From IMG/VR virus record IMGVR_UViG_3300031963_009547: a stretch of DNA of 64,000 nt. One strand, given 5' to 3'. Positions 9,789 through 21,365 of the stretch are shown piece after piece. Each line of letters opens with the position of its first letter. The stretch's first letter is position 1. The notes beneath the pieces are model-generated. The model was not told where the DNA came from. It searched no databases and was given only the letters and a program-made list of their open reading frames with translations. The position numbers and the translations under genes are program-made. The DNA comes from a virus.

Positions 9789-11627
9789 ATGGCAAACAAT
9801 AAAATTAATTATACTGATAGGGATTTTGAGGCAATTAGACAGAGTTTAATAGACTATACAAAACAGTACTACCCTGAACTTGTTCAAAACTTCAACGACG
9901 CTTCGGTTTTTTCAGTACTAATGGACTTGAATGCTGCGGTGGCCGACAATTTACATTATCACATCGATAGAAGTATACAAGAAACGGTACTTCAATATGC
10001 TCAACAAAAGTCTTCTATTTTTAATATTGCAAGAACTTATGGTTTAAAAATACCAGGATATAGACCTTCAGTTGCTGTTGTTGATATTTCTATAACAGTA
10101 CCACCTTTTGGGGATGCTGAAGATTTTAGATATTTAGGTGTTTTAAGAGCTGGCTCACAATTTAATGGAGGAGGTAATACATTCGAAACAGTATACGATA
10201 TAGATTTTTCAACACAATATAATCAAGAGGGTGAAGTTAATAGAACTAAAATACCGACTTTTGACTCTAACAACAAAATTATTAATTACGTTATTACAAA
10301 AAGAGAGGTAGTAGTAAATGGAACAACAAAAGTATATAAAAGAGTAATCAACCCTACAGATGTTGTACCATTTTTTAATTTTTTCTTACCTGAAAGAAAC
10401 GTTTTAGGTGTTACATCAATAATACAAAAAGACGGAACAGGATATCCTAACGTACCTAATTACACAGAATTTGCAACCTCAACTAATCGATGGTATGAAG
10501 TAGACGCACTAGCCGAAGATACTGTTTTTATAGAAGACCCAACGAAACCCGTAGACAATGCTGGTGTAAAAGTTGGAAAATACATTAAAACCGATAAGAG
10601 GTTTGTTACCGAATATACACCTGAAGGGTTTATGAAAGTCCAATTTGGGGCTGGTACTACAACACCAAATGACCAATTAACAAATTTTGCCAAAAATGGA
10701 ATAAAATTAGATTTGGCAAATTATCAAAATAACATAGGTTTAGGTCTAACGGTTCAACCAAATACAACAATATTTGTACAGTATAGAACTGGTGGTGGTT
10801 TAGCATCAAATGTCGGGGTTGGGGTTATTAATCAAGTTGGTACTATTGATTTTGCGGTTAATGGTCCATCGGATAGTATAAATTCAAACGTTATTAACTC
10901 ATTGACTGTTAATAATGTCACGGCAGCAATTGGAGGTTCAAATCCACCTTCCACTGAAGAAGTAAGAAACATGGTGGCGTTTAATTTTGCGGCCCAAAAA
11001 AGAGCGGTAACAGTAAATGACTATAAATCTCTTATTGATACTATGCCAGGTAGATTCGGTGCACCTGCTAAAGTTGCAATCACTGAAAATAATAATAAAA
11101 TTACAGTTCAAATTTTATCATACGACCAAAGTGGTAAACTTACACAAACGGTATCAAATAATTTAAAATCAAATCTTGCGACTTATCTTTCTAAATATAG
11201 GATGATTAATGACTACATCTCAATAGATGTTGCAAGAGTTATTGATTTGTCATTTGATATATATGTAGTATTAGAATCAAATGTAAATCGAGGTCAAGTT
11301 ATTACTGAAATAATTAATCAAGTCTCAAATTACATGGCACCTGAAAATAGAGATTTAGGTCAGAATGTTAATGTTTCAGAAGTAAGAAGATTAATACAAA
11401 ACACAGCCGGAGTACTCACACTTACAAATTTACAAGTATTTAACAAAGTTGGTGGACAATACTCAACATCAGAAACTTCACAAAGATATCTTGACCCTAA
11501 GACAAGAGAAATACAACTGATTGATGATACAATATATGCGGAGCCAACGCAAGTTTACCAAGTTAGATTTAACAACAAAGATATTAAAGTATTTGTTAAA
11601 AATTTAGCAACTGTAGATTTCTCATAA
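9789..11627 (+). CDS. Baseplate wedge protein, T4 gp6 / baseplate J-like
   Basis: YTDRDFEAIRQSL, IARTYG, YRTGGG..SNV, AIGGS, QKRAVTVNDY. Confidence 0.88.
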   Translation: MANNKINYTDRDFEAIRQSLIDYTKQYYPELVQNFNDASVFSVLMDLNAAVADNLHYHIDRSIQETVLQYAQQKSSIFNIARTYGLKIPGYRPSVAVVDISITVPPFGDAEDFRYLGVLRAGSQFNGGGNTFETVYDIDFSTQYNQEGEVNRTKIPTFDSNNKIINYVITKREVVVNGTTKVYKRVINPTDVVPFFNFFLPERNVLGVTSIIQKDGTGYPNVPNYTEFATSTNRWYEVDALAEDTVFIEDPTKPVDNAGVKVGKYIKTDKRFVTEYTPEGFMKVQFGAGTTTPNDQLTNFAKNGIKLDLANYQNNIGLGLTVQPNTTIFVQYRTGGGLASNVGVGVINQVGTIDFAVNGPSDSINSNVINSLTVNNVTAAIGGSNPPSTEEVRNMVAFNFAAQKRAVTVNDYKSLIDTMPGRFGAPAKVAITENNNKITVQILSYDQSGKLTQTVSNNLKSNLATYLSKYRMINDYISIDVARVIDLSFDIYVVLESNVNRGQVITEIINQVSNYMAPENRDLGQNVNVSEVRRLIQNTAGVLTLTNLQVFNKVGGQYSTSETSQRYLDPKTREIQLIDDTIYAEPTQVYQVRFNNKDIKVFVKNLATVDFS

Positions 11628-11630
11628 GAT

Positions 11631-11685
11631 TATTTATTTCCTATGTGTCTTACCTACTTTTAAAATGGGTAAAATAACTATTTAT
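11631..11685 (+). promoter_or_regulatory. Two TATTTAT boxes flanking a weak hairpin (putative late promoter)
   Basis: TATTTAT at 11631 and 11679, with an imperfect ttacc...ggtaa stem between them. Confidence 0.45.
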
Positions 11686-11698
11686 TTTTAAAAGACTA

Positions 11699-14600
11699 AT
11701 GACCAAAAGTTATAGGATAAGAACAGCACCGGGTACGGACAAAAATATTAGAGTCAATATTAATCAAGATTTTGACTTTTTAGAGATACTTTCTTTAAAA
11801 TTAAGACAAGAAGATGTCTACACGAGATTTTGTGCAGACTATGGAGTTGTGGCTGGTAGAGTCATAGTCAATGGAGGGTACGGAGTACCAAATGCGAATG
11901 TATCAATATTTGTTCCACTTGACGCAATAGATGAAAATGACCCTGTGATTTCCACACTTTATCCTTACACATCGGTTGATATTAAAAATGAAGATGGATA
12001 CCGTTATAATCTTTTACCATATAGACAAGAATACGGAGGACACACACCAACAGGTACATTTCCTGATAGAGAAGACGTTCTAACAAGAACCGAAGTTTTA
12101 GAAGTTTACGAAAAGTATTATAAGTTTACTGTAAAAACAAATGAAAGTGGTGACTTTATGATAATTGGAGCACCGCTAGGTATTCAAACCTTAGTTTTAG
12201 ATTTAGATTTATCAAACATAGGTTGTTTTTCATTAAGACCTGCTGATTTAATTAGGTCAGGTCTTGCAACTGCAGAACAATTTGATGGAGACCAATTTAA
12301 ATCATCAACAGATTTAGATTCATTACCACAATTAGTTAATATCAAACAAGATATTGAAGTAACTTCTTTTTGGGGTGAAAATGAAATATGTAATATTGGT
12401 ATAACAAGAGCTGACTTTGATTTAAGAGAATTTGGAATTGATATTAAACCTCACGCGGTTTTTATGGGCTCTATATTTTCAACCGCGGACGAAGACTTTT
12501 TGAAGACTAACTGTAAACCTAAAAAAGATTCAGGTAATTTATGTGATTTAGTTACAGGTGCGGGTAGCATTTTAGCCATTAGACAAACAATTAACTATGA
12601 TGTTGATGGTAGACCTATTTTAGAGCAGTTTAGTTTACCTGAGGGTGGTAAAGTGATAGATGACGACGGTACATGGTTAGTTGAGGTACCGATGAACTTG
12701 GATTATGTTACAACAAACGAGTTCGGAGAGCAAATTTTATCTAATGACCCATCTGTCGGTATACCAACAAAGGCAAAGTACCGTTTTAGAATACAATATC
12801 AAAACGAAGATGGATTAGAAAATAATATTTTAAGGGCAGATTATTTAGTTCCAAATATTAAAGAATGGGGATGGACAGGAAGTAACCCACCCGCGGGTTC
12901 ATCGGCACAACTTCAATCTTATGCATTTAGTTTAGATTGGAATGATTACGGTGATAGTAGTACAACAATTGGTCAACAAATGATTAATGAAGCAATTAAT
13001 TGTGAAGACAGATTCTATGAGTTTAACTATAATAAAGTCTATACGATTGCTAATTTTTTAGACAGATGGAAATGGGGGTTCAATAGAAGTAGACATTTAG
13101 GTATCAAAGAAATTACGGATAGAGGGTGTACCACAACAACAAATAGATTTCCTGTAAATGACGGTGTAAAAAACTTTGACTTCATATTTTTCTTATTCAA
13201 TTTATTAATTACTATCCTTACACCTGTATTTGTTGCGTTAATACCGGTTCTTCACGTTTTAGCATTAGCATGGCCAATATTAAAGTGGGTTATTGCTATT
13301 ATGTTTCCAGCATATCTTATATTTCAAGCCGTACAATATGCTATCGCGGCCGCAGCGGCATTCCCAGCGGTAGGTTTAATTGTGGTTAATGCTTTAGTTG
13401 CTGTTATATTAGCTGCCGCCGCAGTTTTATTTGCGGTAAAAGTTGCTCCCATGTTGGTTAAATTTAAGTTTAAAGGAATAACATTACCGATGATGTCATA
13501 TCCTGATTGTGAGGCGTGTCCTTGTGATATGGACGATTTACAGATGGACGATGTCCAAGGTAATATTTTTGGAGGTGGAGGTAATCAACAGGCAAAAATA
13601 GGTAAGTATACTGTAAACAGTAGAACTAGTGGTTCCATTCTAGCGGACACAAACTCAAATCAACTATTTCTTAGTGCACCAAACACCAATCTTTGTAACT
13701 TTGATTCAAATGGGGACCAAATAATACAATCAGGTTACCCAACATATTTCTGTACTATAGACCCTGAAAGTTATTCGGGTAGTGAAAACAAAAGAAACAC
13801 GAAGTATCAAGCAGATAGTTTCGGTATTAGATACGGTATGGCAGGATACCCAACAGCACCTGAAGTGGGAATGCCTGTGGTTACTAAGTTTTCCGAAGAT
13901 AAGTACTTCCCAAATAGAGATGTAACGTTATCTCAATCTTTTAATTTAGCAAACCTTAGAATAAGATATTTTGATACGACAGCACCAAATATCATTAAGA
14001 CAACGATTAATACTAACAACCCACCAATTTATGATAACATAATGATGTTGATTGTTGACCAAAATACTATTTCTCAAATGACATCGGGTAGTTTGGTTAC
14101 TTTTACTAATCCTGACAATATAAATGATATTAATATGACTGGCGCATCGGTTACAAACCAATTCGGTAGTAATTCAATTACAGGTAGTACACAAGCATCA
14201 ACCACAGTACAAATCACTTACATAAATCAAAATGGAAACCCACAAACGGTTCAAGTACAGATAACAGGAAACACAGATGGAAAAGAATATCTTTATAAAA
14301 CGGGTATAGAATATTTCCAAGTGGTTACAGGTATGACTTTAAATAATTTGGATTTACTGACAAATGGAATTAAGTTAAACAACCAACCAAACCCTAACTC
14401 ACAACTTGATACTACAAATATAATTAGAAAGTATATTTTAAATAAATTACAAAGAATAACATACGAAGATAACTCAGGTTCAGGAGATAACGGACAATTT
14501 AGAAATGAAGTAATAAACCCACTTACTATAATGGGTGATAGTTGGAAAAATTTAGAAATTGTGTTTTTAGTAAGGGGTGTTGACCCTTATACCGATACAC

Positions 14601-16702
14601 AAAATATCGAATATGATTTATCAAGACTATTTGGTTATAGTTTTGGACAAGGACCAAAAGTTTCAGGACAATTCTATATGAATATACCAATTCAACCAAA
14701 CTCAGGTTCTGGTACTTGGTGGTATGATAGTAAAACTCCTGAATCACACAACGTCACTTATCCCACATCAAAACTATACCATCAGACATTCAATTTTAAT
14801 ACAGGTACACAATTTAGTTCAGTTACATCTAATAATATTAGATATTATTCATCTTTAGATAAATCTACTAACACCATTACTGCAAATGGTGGATTTCCTT
14901 TATCAACATACACTGCAAGTGGTTTAGGTATTGATGATAATGGAAACGGAACACAACAGATAAGATTCTACGGGACATCATATCAGGGAAGAGTTGAAGG
15001 TGGGGCTTTAATGGCATCAAGCAACAGTGTTAGTAACAACACGATTACCTCATTCAGTAATTATAACGGTAGATTATATAGTCCTGTTTATGGTTCAATT
15101 TCTTATACCATACCATCAGGGGCGAACCCTAAATTACTATTAAGGTCAGACAGATTACCAACTTCAGATGTACAACAAACATTTGGTACTCGCTCGATGT
15201 TACTCCACCAAAATGATAAGTTTGCTATCTATATCTACAACAGTAGCGGACCATCGACTGTATTTTCGGTTACTGCGACTGACACCACAAATAATGCTCA
15301 AGACTTTGGCCCTGATGGGCCACAAACTACTGCGAGCAGCGTGTTATCCACTTTTGATTGTGCAGGAATGGTACCTTTAGATTGTTATCAAGTTGACACA
15401 ACGACTAATACGTTTAGTGTTTTATCACCATGTACTCAAAATCAAGACCCAGTAAGAATTAAATCAGGGTGTTACCAGTTTATTCAAAAACCATACGTGG
15501 CTAATATTACTAAAGATTTAGAAAATTTCTCAGAGTGGAAAGCAAGATTTAGAATGATGTTTGGTGCGTGTAGAGGTATTTTCTCACACGTTTTTCAAAA
15601 TAATTGGGTCAATGGAACACTATATATGTTTTCGTTTAAAAAACAAACAATAGTATCAATTTTAGGTCAACCAAAAAAATACAAGTATTGTGGTACATAC
15701 GAGAGTAATGTTAGACCAGGACAAGGTCCAATTTATTATACATCAGGTTCAACTAATTCGTTCTTTTATCGTTCAACACCTTACAATGGTACAAATTTCG
15801 TTGGACAAATACCAAAACAAGGTTCATACTTAAATCCAACACCCGTTCCTGTTGATTTTGGAGGCGCAAACGATAGAAACATCATGTTCCCAACTACAAT
15901 CATGGACTTAGGACCAAGGGACGAGTTTTCTTTTGAAATTTGTGCAAACCCTAATCTTCAAGGATATTTGGTAGATACATTAAAATCTACATCATTTAAT
16001 GATACGTCAGATTTATTACAGTTATTTATAATATCTCGTTTGATTAATACAAACTTCTTAGGTGCTTTATTAGGTTTAGGTGACGCATCAATCAATAAAA
16101 TGTTTTCAAGAAGTGACGATAGATTGGATGGTGATTTAACACAACTATTTAGTATTAATTCTGAATATGGTGTTGAAGGATTTAGTGAAGATGAATACGA
16201 TGGAGTAAATGACATTTATATTGCAACCTCAGGACCTGCAACCTTAGGGGTATTCTTTACATCTAGTACCGAGAACAGAGTAGAATTATCACCTGGAGTT
16301 ACAACATTTACACCACAACTCACCAATTTATTTGGATATCCTGGCACACAAGAAGTACCATTCTACCAGTGGCAACTAAACCAACAACAAGTACCGACTA
16401 TTTTTGGTTCAGATATAAATGATTGGAATACAAACTTGATAGGTGGAGGTTTTTACAAACAAAAATATCAAGGACTAAGTTTCAAATATAGTTCACTTTC
16501 ACAATATTTTAACAATTTAACCACAGGTCAAAAAGGGTTTATTTATAATTCTAACGCGTCGGGTAATGATATTACTTTTCCTCCTGGGCAATCAAATAGT
16601 TTCTTAGTTGGTGCACCATACCATTTTTATTTTGGATTAAATAAAGGTAAAAGTTCAATTAACAGATACATAACAAAATATATTTTGAATCAAGATGTCT
16701 AA
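11699..16702 (+). CDS. Large baseplate/tail-associated structural protein (1667 aa) with an internal hydrophobic segment
   Basis: Follows gp6. N-terminal beta-sandwich-like region (GRVIVNGGYGVPNANVSIF...TNESGDFMI), a ~90-aa hydrophobic block, and an N/T/S/G-rich remainder. Confidence 0.6.
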   Translation: MTKSYRIRTAPGTDKNIRVNINQDFDFLEILSLKLRQEDVYTRFCADYGVVAGRVIVNGGYGVPNANVSIFVPLDAIDENDPVISTLYPYTSVDIKNEDGYRYNLLPYRQEYGGHTPTGTFPDREDVLTRTEVLEVYEKYYKFTVKTNESGDFMIIGAPLGIQTLVLDLDLSNIGCFSLRPADLIRSGLATAEQFDGDQFKSSTDLDSLPQLVNIKQDIEVTSFWGENEICNIGITRADFDLREFGIDIKPHAVFMGSIFSTADEDFLKTNCKPKKDSGNLCDLVTGAGSILAIRQTINYDVDGRPILEQFSLPEGGKVIDDDGTWLVEVPMNLDYVTTNEFGEQILSNDPSVGIPTKAKYRFRIQYQNEDGLENNILRADYLVPNIKEWGWTGSNPPAGSSAQLQSYAFSLDWNDYGDSSTTIGQQMINEAINCEDRFYEFNYNKVYTIANFLDRWKWGFNRSRHLGIKEITDRGCTTTTNRFPVNDGVKNFDFIFFLFNLLITILTPVFVALIPVLHVLALAWPILKWVIAIMFPAYLIFQAVQYAIAAAAAFPAVGLIVVNALVAVILAAAAVLFAVKVAPMLVKFKFKGITLPMMSYPDCEACPCDMDDLQMDDVQGNIFGGGGNQQAKIGKYTVNSRTSGSILADTNSNQLFLSAPNTNLCNFDSNGDQIIQSGYPTYFCTIDPESYSGSENKRNTKYQADSFGIRYGMAGYPTAPEVGMPVVTKFSEDKYFPNRDVTLSQSFNLANLRIRYFDTTAPNIIKTTINTNNPPIYDNIMMLIVDQNTISQMTSGSLVTFTNPDNINDINMTGASVTNQFGSNSITGSTQASTTVQITYINQNGNPQTVQVQITGNTDGKEYLYKTGIEYFQVVTGMTLNNLDLLTNGIKLNNQPNPNSQLDTTNIIRKYILNKLQRITYEDNSGSGDNGQFRNEVINPLTIMGDSWKNLEIVFLVRGVDPYTDTQNIEYDLSRLFGYSFGQGPKVSGQFYMNIPIQPNSGSGTWWYDSKTPESHNVTYPTSKLYHQTFNFNTGTQFSSVTSNNIRYYSSLDKSTNTITANGGFPLSTYTASGLGIDDNGNGTQQIRFYGTSYQGRVEGGALMASSNSVSNNTITSFSNYNGRLYSPVYGSISYTIPSGANPKLLLRSDRLPTSDVQQTFGTRSMLLHQNDKFAIYIYNSSGPSTVFSVTATDTTNNAQDFGPDGPQTTASSVLSTFDCAGMVPLDCYQVDTTTNTFSVLSPCTQNQDPVRIKSGCYQFIQKPYVANITKDLENFSEWKARFRMMFGACRGIFSHVFQNNWVNGTLYMFSFKKQTIVSILGQPKKYKYCGTYESNVRPGQGPIYYTSGSTNSFFYRSTPYNGTNFVGQIPKQGSYLNPTPVPVDFGGANDRNIMFPTTIMDLGPRDEFSFEICANPNLQGYLVDTLKSTSFNDTSDLLQLFIISRLINTNFLGALLGLGDASINKMFSRSDDRLDGDLTQLFSINSEYGVEGFSEDEYDGVNDIYIATSGPATLGVFFTSSTENRVELSPGVTTFTPQLTNLFGYPGTQEVPFYQWQLNQQQVPTIFGSDINDWNTNLIGGGFYKQKYQGLSFKYSSLSQYFNNLTTGQKGFIYNSNASGNDITFPPGQSNSFLVGAPYHFYFGLNKGKSSINRYITKYILNQDV

Positions 16703-18443
16703 TGAAAATGAAATATTAATTGTTTTAGGTTCAAAACAATTTGCCGGAAACACCGACAAGGATATTTGGATTCAACCGCCTCTTATTGGAGACATGAGAA
16801 CTATGGTTGAAGGTGATAGGTCTTTAACTATTAATTTAGCCCAACAATTTGACACAGAAAGACAAACAAGTGATGTGTTTAGAATTTCAGGTAAAATTAC
16901 AAATGTTTTTCGTAACGTAATATCAGGTGCCTGTTCATATACACCATTTAAAAATATACTTTATTATACTAATGCTATTGCAAATGCCACATCGAACTTA
17001 ATACCCGGGTCTAACGTAGATTGGGAAGGGTATCCTCAATTTGATGAATTTACTTTTGTTAGATATAGTGCCATTACAGGCCACAGAAACTTCATAACAA
17101 AAAGTGCTAGTTCATATAATTGGATGTTAAATTTAACCTACCCTTTTAGTAGTGATACGACACAACCAATGGCATATACAAATGAAAAATACGGAGTTAC
17201 AGTAAACTTCACAGCCTCTGACGGTATACCATTTGTAATTGATACAGGACAAGTTGATGGTAAAAATGTTGTGTACTTTTATTGTGGAACCAAACATAAT
17301 TTAAGTGTTGGACAATGGGTAGAGTTAGAAATACCTTTAGTACCGGGTGGTTTAGGAGGTAAAAAACTGTATCAAGTTTTTTCACTTGGTGATGGTACAT
17401 ATCGTTCGGAAGAAACTGTATTTACAATATTTAATCTGAAATTTCCAGTAAACCAAACAACAACAGGATTTTATGGTACATTTAAAAGAGTGTCAAACAT
17501 TGTAAATAGTGGTGAAACTAAATCAATTTATTATGTAAGATTACATAAAGTAATAGCAGAACACAAAGACTTTGTTATAAATCAAGCCGGTTTTGAAAAT
17601 AATCCTTTCAGTACTAAGACAAAATTAGAATATTCAGCTTTAACACCAAACAACACACAAAGAATTTCAGTTAAAGAAGGTACTAAAACATTTAGTTTCA
17701 CACTAAACAAAGATATATCTATAAATGGTTATAAAGATAATAATGGAAAACCAATAACCGAATTATTTTTAACCACAACCCAAAGAGGGTATATGGGTTG
17801 GTTTAATCCACCTGCGATAAACGCTAATAATAATCAAACGGCAATTGACATTGGTTGGGGATTTAACATTTTAGTGAACACTGTTGATAGTTGGTGGGAC
17901 CATTTCAATACAACAAATAAAGATATTATTCCATTAAATTCATACGAACAACCACAAGGTAGTGGTCAGTACTTTTATTATAATGATTTTTTAAGTAATG
18001 GTGATATTATAAAAGGTGATTTTTGTGAGTATAACTTTATTGAACAACAGGAGTACGTTTTATCACCGATGTATCATAAATATTCTTTTAATAATTCATA
18101 TTTCTTAGATAATTCACCAATAAATTTACCAAGTGGGTATCTCTATGAACCACATGCGTCAATACCTATTAGAGTATTTAGCGATTATTTAGAATTTGGT
18201 TCATCAACCAATACAGATAATATACCAACATATGCTTGGTTCTCTGAATATGAACAAACATTCTTTTGGAGGGATATCTATTCATATGGATTTATAGACT
18301 CAGAGGGTTTAGGTGTGGACTACCCTTTTGTAAATGGCGCTCATTACCCGTTCAAATCAGTTTTGTTTTTACAGAAACCAATACAGAAACAAGAATTTGT
18401 AACAACAATCATAAACGACCTATTAGTAGACGACTGTGAATAA
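16695..18443 (+). CDS. Putative structural protein (baseplate region)
   Basis: 582 aa, overlap-coupled within the structural operon, beta/aromatic-rich. Confidence 0.55.
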   Translation: MSNENEILIVLGSKQFAGNTDKDIWIQPPLIGDMRTMVEGDRSLTINLAQQFDTERQTSDVFRISGKITNVFRNVISGACSYTPFKNILYYTNAIANATSNLIPGSNVDWEGYPQFDEFTFVRYSAITGHRNFITKSASSYNWMLNLTYPFSSDTTQPMAYTNEKYGVTVNFTASDGIPFVIDTGQVDGKNVVYFYCGTKHNLSVGQWVELEIPLVPGGLGGKKLYQVFSLGDGTYRSEETVFTIFNLKFPVNQTTTGFYGTFKRVSNIVNSGETKSIYYVRLHKVIAEHKDFVINQAGFENNPFSTKTKLEYSALTPNNTQRISVKEGTKTFSFTLNKDISINGYKDNNGKPITELFLTTTQRGYMGWFNPPAINANNNQTAIDIGWGFNILVNTVDSWWDHFNTTNKDIIPLNSYEQPQGSGQYFYYNDFLSNGDIIKGDFCEYNFIEQQEYVLSPMYHKYSFNNSYFLDNSPINLPSGYLYEPHASIPIRVFSDYLEFGSSTNTDNIPTYAWFSEYEQTFFWRDIYSYGFIDSEGLGVDYPFVNGAHYPFKSVLFLQKPIQKQEFVTTIINDLLVDDCE

Positions 18444-19281
18444 TAACTATTATAGATTTACTCTTAATCCTAACGATACCGAAATCAATATTCCTATTGA
18501 GATTACTTTTGATATGGAAGGTAGAGAACAAGCTGTTGAAGAATTTGAAAAAACTGCAGTACAAAAAGTTTTGAATGGTATTGAAGATTTTGAAATTGGT
18601 AGATTTGCCCATGCTCCGTGGGACACTGACCCCGATAAAACTGAGATAAATTATACCTTTAATTTCTTTAATCCTAATTTACCTACGGACTTTATTGTAA
18701 ACCCACCATCAGCAACAGATTGGTTAGACGACTATGAATATGCAACATTTACAAATAATGAGATTTATTACTTCTCAAACGCATTCAAGGGCTCATTCTT
18801 CAAATTAGATTTCTATGATAGTAAAGTTAATGAAAGTCAAAAAATATTGTTTAGTGTTATCTTACCTACACAACAAGGTCAAAAAGAAACAGGGACAATA
18901 GGACCACCACTTAATCCGACTACAGTCATGGTTAAAAAACCAAAATACATTTTAGATTATACAGGGCAAGATAAAGAAGGTTTCTTTTTTTATTGGTTGA
19001 AGAATCAAGATTATATTTCACAAACTGAGTTTTTTATGTCTTGTAAATTCTTTAATGCTAAAAAAGGTCAGTTCGTTAGAATGATTAACGAACCCCAATC
19101 TAACTTCGTAGGTCCAAATCAATTTAATTTTAATAAAGAAATATACTTTTATTATAAAGTAACTTTTGATTATAGTAGTTATGAATATAAGGTATATAGA
19201 GAAACTCCTGGACTTGTAAGAGTAGGGGTCGGTCAAACAGCCTCAGAGGCTATAACTTGGTATGAATATATTAACCCATAA
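18436..19281 (+). CDS. Putative structural protein
   Basis: 281 aa, overlap-coupled within the structural operon. Confidence 0.55.
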   Translation: MNNNYYRFTLNPNDTEINIPIEITFDMEGREQAVEEFEKTAVQKVLNGIEDFEIGRFAHAPWDTDPDKTEINYTFNFFNPNLPTDFIVNPPSATDWLDDYEYATFTNNEIYYFSNAFKGSFFKLDFYDSKVNESQKILFSVILPTQQGQKETGTIGPPLNPTTVMVKKPKYILDYTGQDKEGFFFYWLKNQDYISQTEFFMSCKFFNAKKGQFVRMINEPQSNFVGPNQFNFNKEIYFYYKVTFDYSSYEYKVYRETPGLVRVGVGQTASEAITWYEYINP

Positions 19282-20423
19282 TGGAATCAGAAAAATTTAG
19301 TATAAAAATATCACCAGAAGTATTAAATGGTGATTTGTTTGCTTCTGTTTATACGGCTTCTACAATATACAATTTGCCTCAAAATGGGATACCAACCTCA
19401 TCAACACCATTTACCGCGATTACTCAAGACTACGTAGTTTATTCAGGTATGTCAGAAATTTTAAGTGGAGGGACAAATGGAGACTCACTACTTACAGGTT
19501 TAACAATACCCGTTTTTTTTACACAAACTTATAATGATATAGGTTATTATTCAGAGTTTGATGGGTTAATGTACCAAAAAGATATTGTTACAAATTTTTT
19601 ATATTCAGGCGATGATACTACTAATTTATTTTCAGTTAGCCTTTATAATACATCGGGGGACTTTACAGAAAGTTATCTAGATTTTACAACATTTAGTGTT
19701 GATTGGGGTGACGGTAGTACATCTCAAATATTAACAACTTCACAACAAAATCACGTTTATACCAATCCAGGTAATTATGTAATTACTTTATCAGGCGCAA
19801 ATCCTTGGGGGGTGACTACGGTTTCTAAACCTATAACCATACCATTATTACCGGCATTTGTACCAAACCCTAATGGTACTATAGTATTTACACCACAAGG
19901 GGGGAATTGGACTAATATACCTGTGTCATCAGATTATATTTTTCCACTTGATTCTAATATTAGTGCGACATATCAAGCATCTTCTAACTGGACAACAGTG
20001 CCATTTGTCGTATCAGGTTATACTAAATCTAAAATACAAGACTTAAAAAGATATGGACCTGACCCTTTTACTGTGGGTTATGTTTTTACAAAAAACAATC
20101 AATTTTACGGACAAATAGATTCTATACAAAACGAAATTACAGGTTATACTATTGAGAACATCACATACTTTGATTTACCGGATGGTAAAACTTTTTATGT
20201 TATGAATAGTGATGGTTTAAAGGTAAGTGATTTAAATGTTTCTGTTATTACTAAAAACGAACAATTGTTAGATTTTGTAATGGCACCACAAATACAGACA
20301 GACATTTATGTTGAAAGAGGAAAATATAGTGCGTTTGAGGTTTTGGAAAGATTAGGTGAAGTAGACAATATAGGTGATTTAGAACAATATGGATACGGGT
20401 TCTTCAAAATTAATAACGCATAA
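19281..20423 (+). CDS. Structural protein with a PKD (Ig-like) domain
   Basis: VDWGDGSTS...HVYTNPGNYVITLSG, the PKD signature. Confidence 0.7.
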   Translation: MESEKFSIKISPEVLNGDLFASVYTASTIYNLPQNGIPTSSTPFTAITQDYVVYSGMSEILSGGTNGDSLLTGLTIPVFFTQTYNDIGYYSEFDGLMYQKDIVTNFLYSGDDTTNLFSVSLYNTSGDFTESYLDFTTFSVDWGDGSTSQILTTSQQNHVYTNPGNYVITLSGANPWGVTTVSKPITIPLLPAFVPNPNGTIVFTPQGGNWTNIPVSSDYIFPLDSNISATYQASSNWTTVPFVVSGYTKSKIQDLKRYGPDPFTVGYVFTKNNQFYGQIDSIQNEITGYTIENITYFDLPDGKTFYVMNSDGLKVSDLNVSVITKNEQLLDFVMAPQIQTDIYVERGKYSAFEVLERLGEVDNIGDLEQYGYGFFKINNA

Positions 20424-20438
20424 AAAATACAGATAAAC

Positions 20439-20446
20439 TATTTATA
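20439..20446 (+). promoter_or_regulatory. TATTTATA putative late promoter
   Basis: Ends 10 nt upstream of the ATG at 20457. Confidence 0.55.
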
Positions 20447-20456
20447 AAATAAAAAA

Positions 20457-21365
20457 ATGGCATTAGGAACATATGGTATTGTAAGACCCTCAGATGTATC
20501 ACCAGCCGACGTTGATATAATTTTACACTATACTCCAAGTAGAGATGTGACAGATAACTTTTTACTTAAAAAGTTAAATTCACAAAGTATATTAACACCA
20601 TACTTTCATAGTGCAGATACTGGTGGTAATACAGGTGTTGAGGTACTTGGTGGTTTATATAATTTGAAACTACCGGCAAGTGAATTTAATAAAAAGGGAA
20701 TTTATACTTTATATATAAAACCTGCAGAAATAAGAACTACAATTACAGATTGTGGTGTTTTATCGGCACTACCTAATGTTAAAGGTATTATCATTGATAT
20801 TAACCAAGTACCTGCTCAATTCAGAAATAAATTCACAAATCAAGGGTTAGTAGGGTTTAGAGTGGAATACTTAAACCAAGATGGAAGTAAAATACCTAAT
20901 TTTTATAGAATTATTACATCATCTTTTTTCTGTGAACCTGTAGTTACCGAACAAGTAAACTCATCACAAAAAACAATAAGATATCGCTATGTTGATGCTG
21001 GTAGCGATTTAGTATTTTGTACTTTATCACCATCATCATCACCTACAAACAAACCAACGTCAACACCTTTTATAGGTCAACCTAATCAAAATATTATCGT
21101 TTCAAATACATTCTTCAATCCGATAACAATTGATATTCAAATGGCAGATTACGATTTAGATACAATGGCAATTGCTCTTTATGGTAATCAAACTAAGAGT
21201 ATGGAAGATGGTATTTACACATTATACGATAGTAATAATAATATTTACAAACAATACAACTTGTTTGAGGTTAGGGATAACTTTAATGAACTACTTTATG
21301 AAGTTAGACAAGATAGGGGAGCTAACATAGATTTCAGTAAAAACTTTACAAATATTATTACTTAA
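20457..21365 (+). CDS. Putative structural (baseplate) protein
   Basis: 302 aa, preceded by TATTTATA, TAATG-coupled to the next gene. Confidence 0.55.
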   Translation: MALGTYGIVRPSDVSPADVDIILHYTPSRDVTDNFLLKKLNSQSILTPYFHSADTGGNTGVEVLGGLYNLKLPASEFNKKGIYTLYIKPAEIRTTITDCGVLSALPNVKGIIIDINQVPAQFRNKFTNQGLVGFRVEYLNQDGSKIPNFYRIITSSFFCEPVVTEQVNSSQKTIRYRYVDAGSDLVFCTLSPSSSPTNKPTSTPFIGQPNQNIIVSNTFFNPITIDIQMADYDLDTMAIALYGNQTKSMEDGIYTLYDSNNNIYKQYNLFEVRDNFNELLYEVRQDRGANIDFSKNFTNIIT

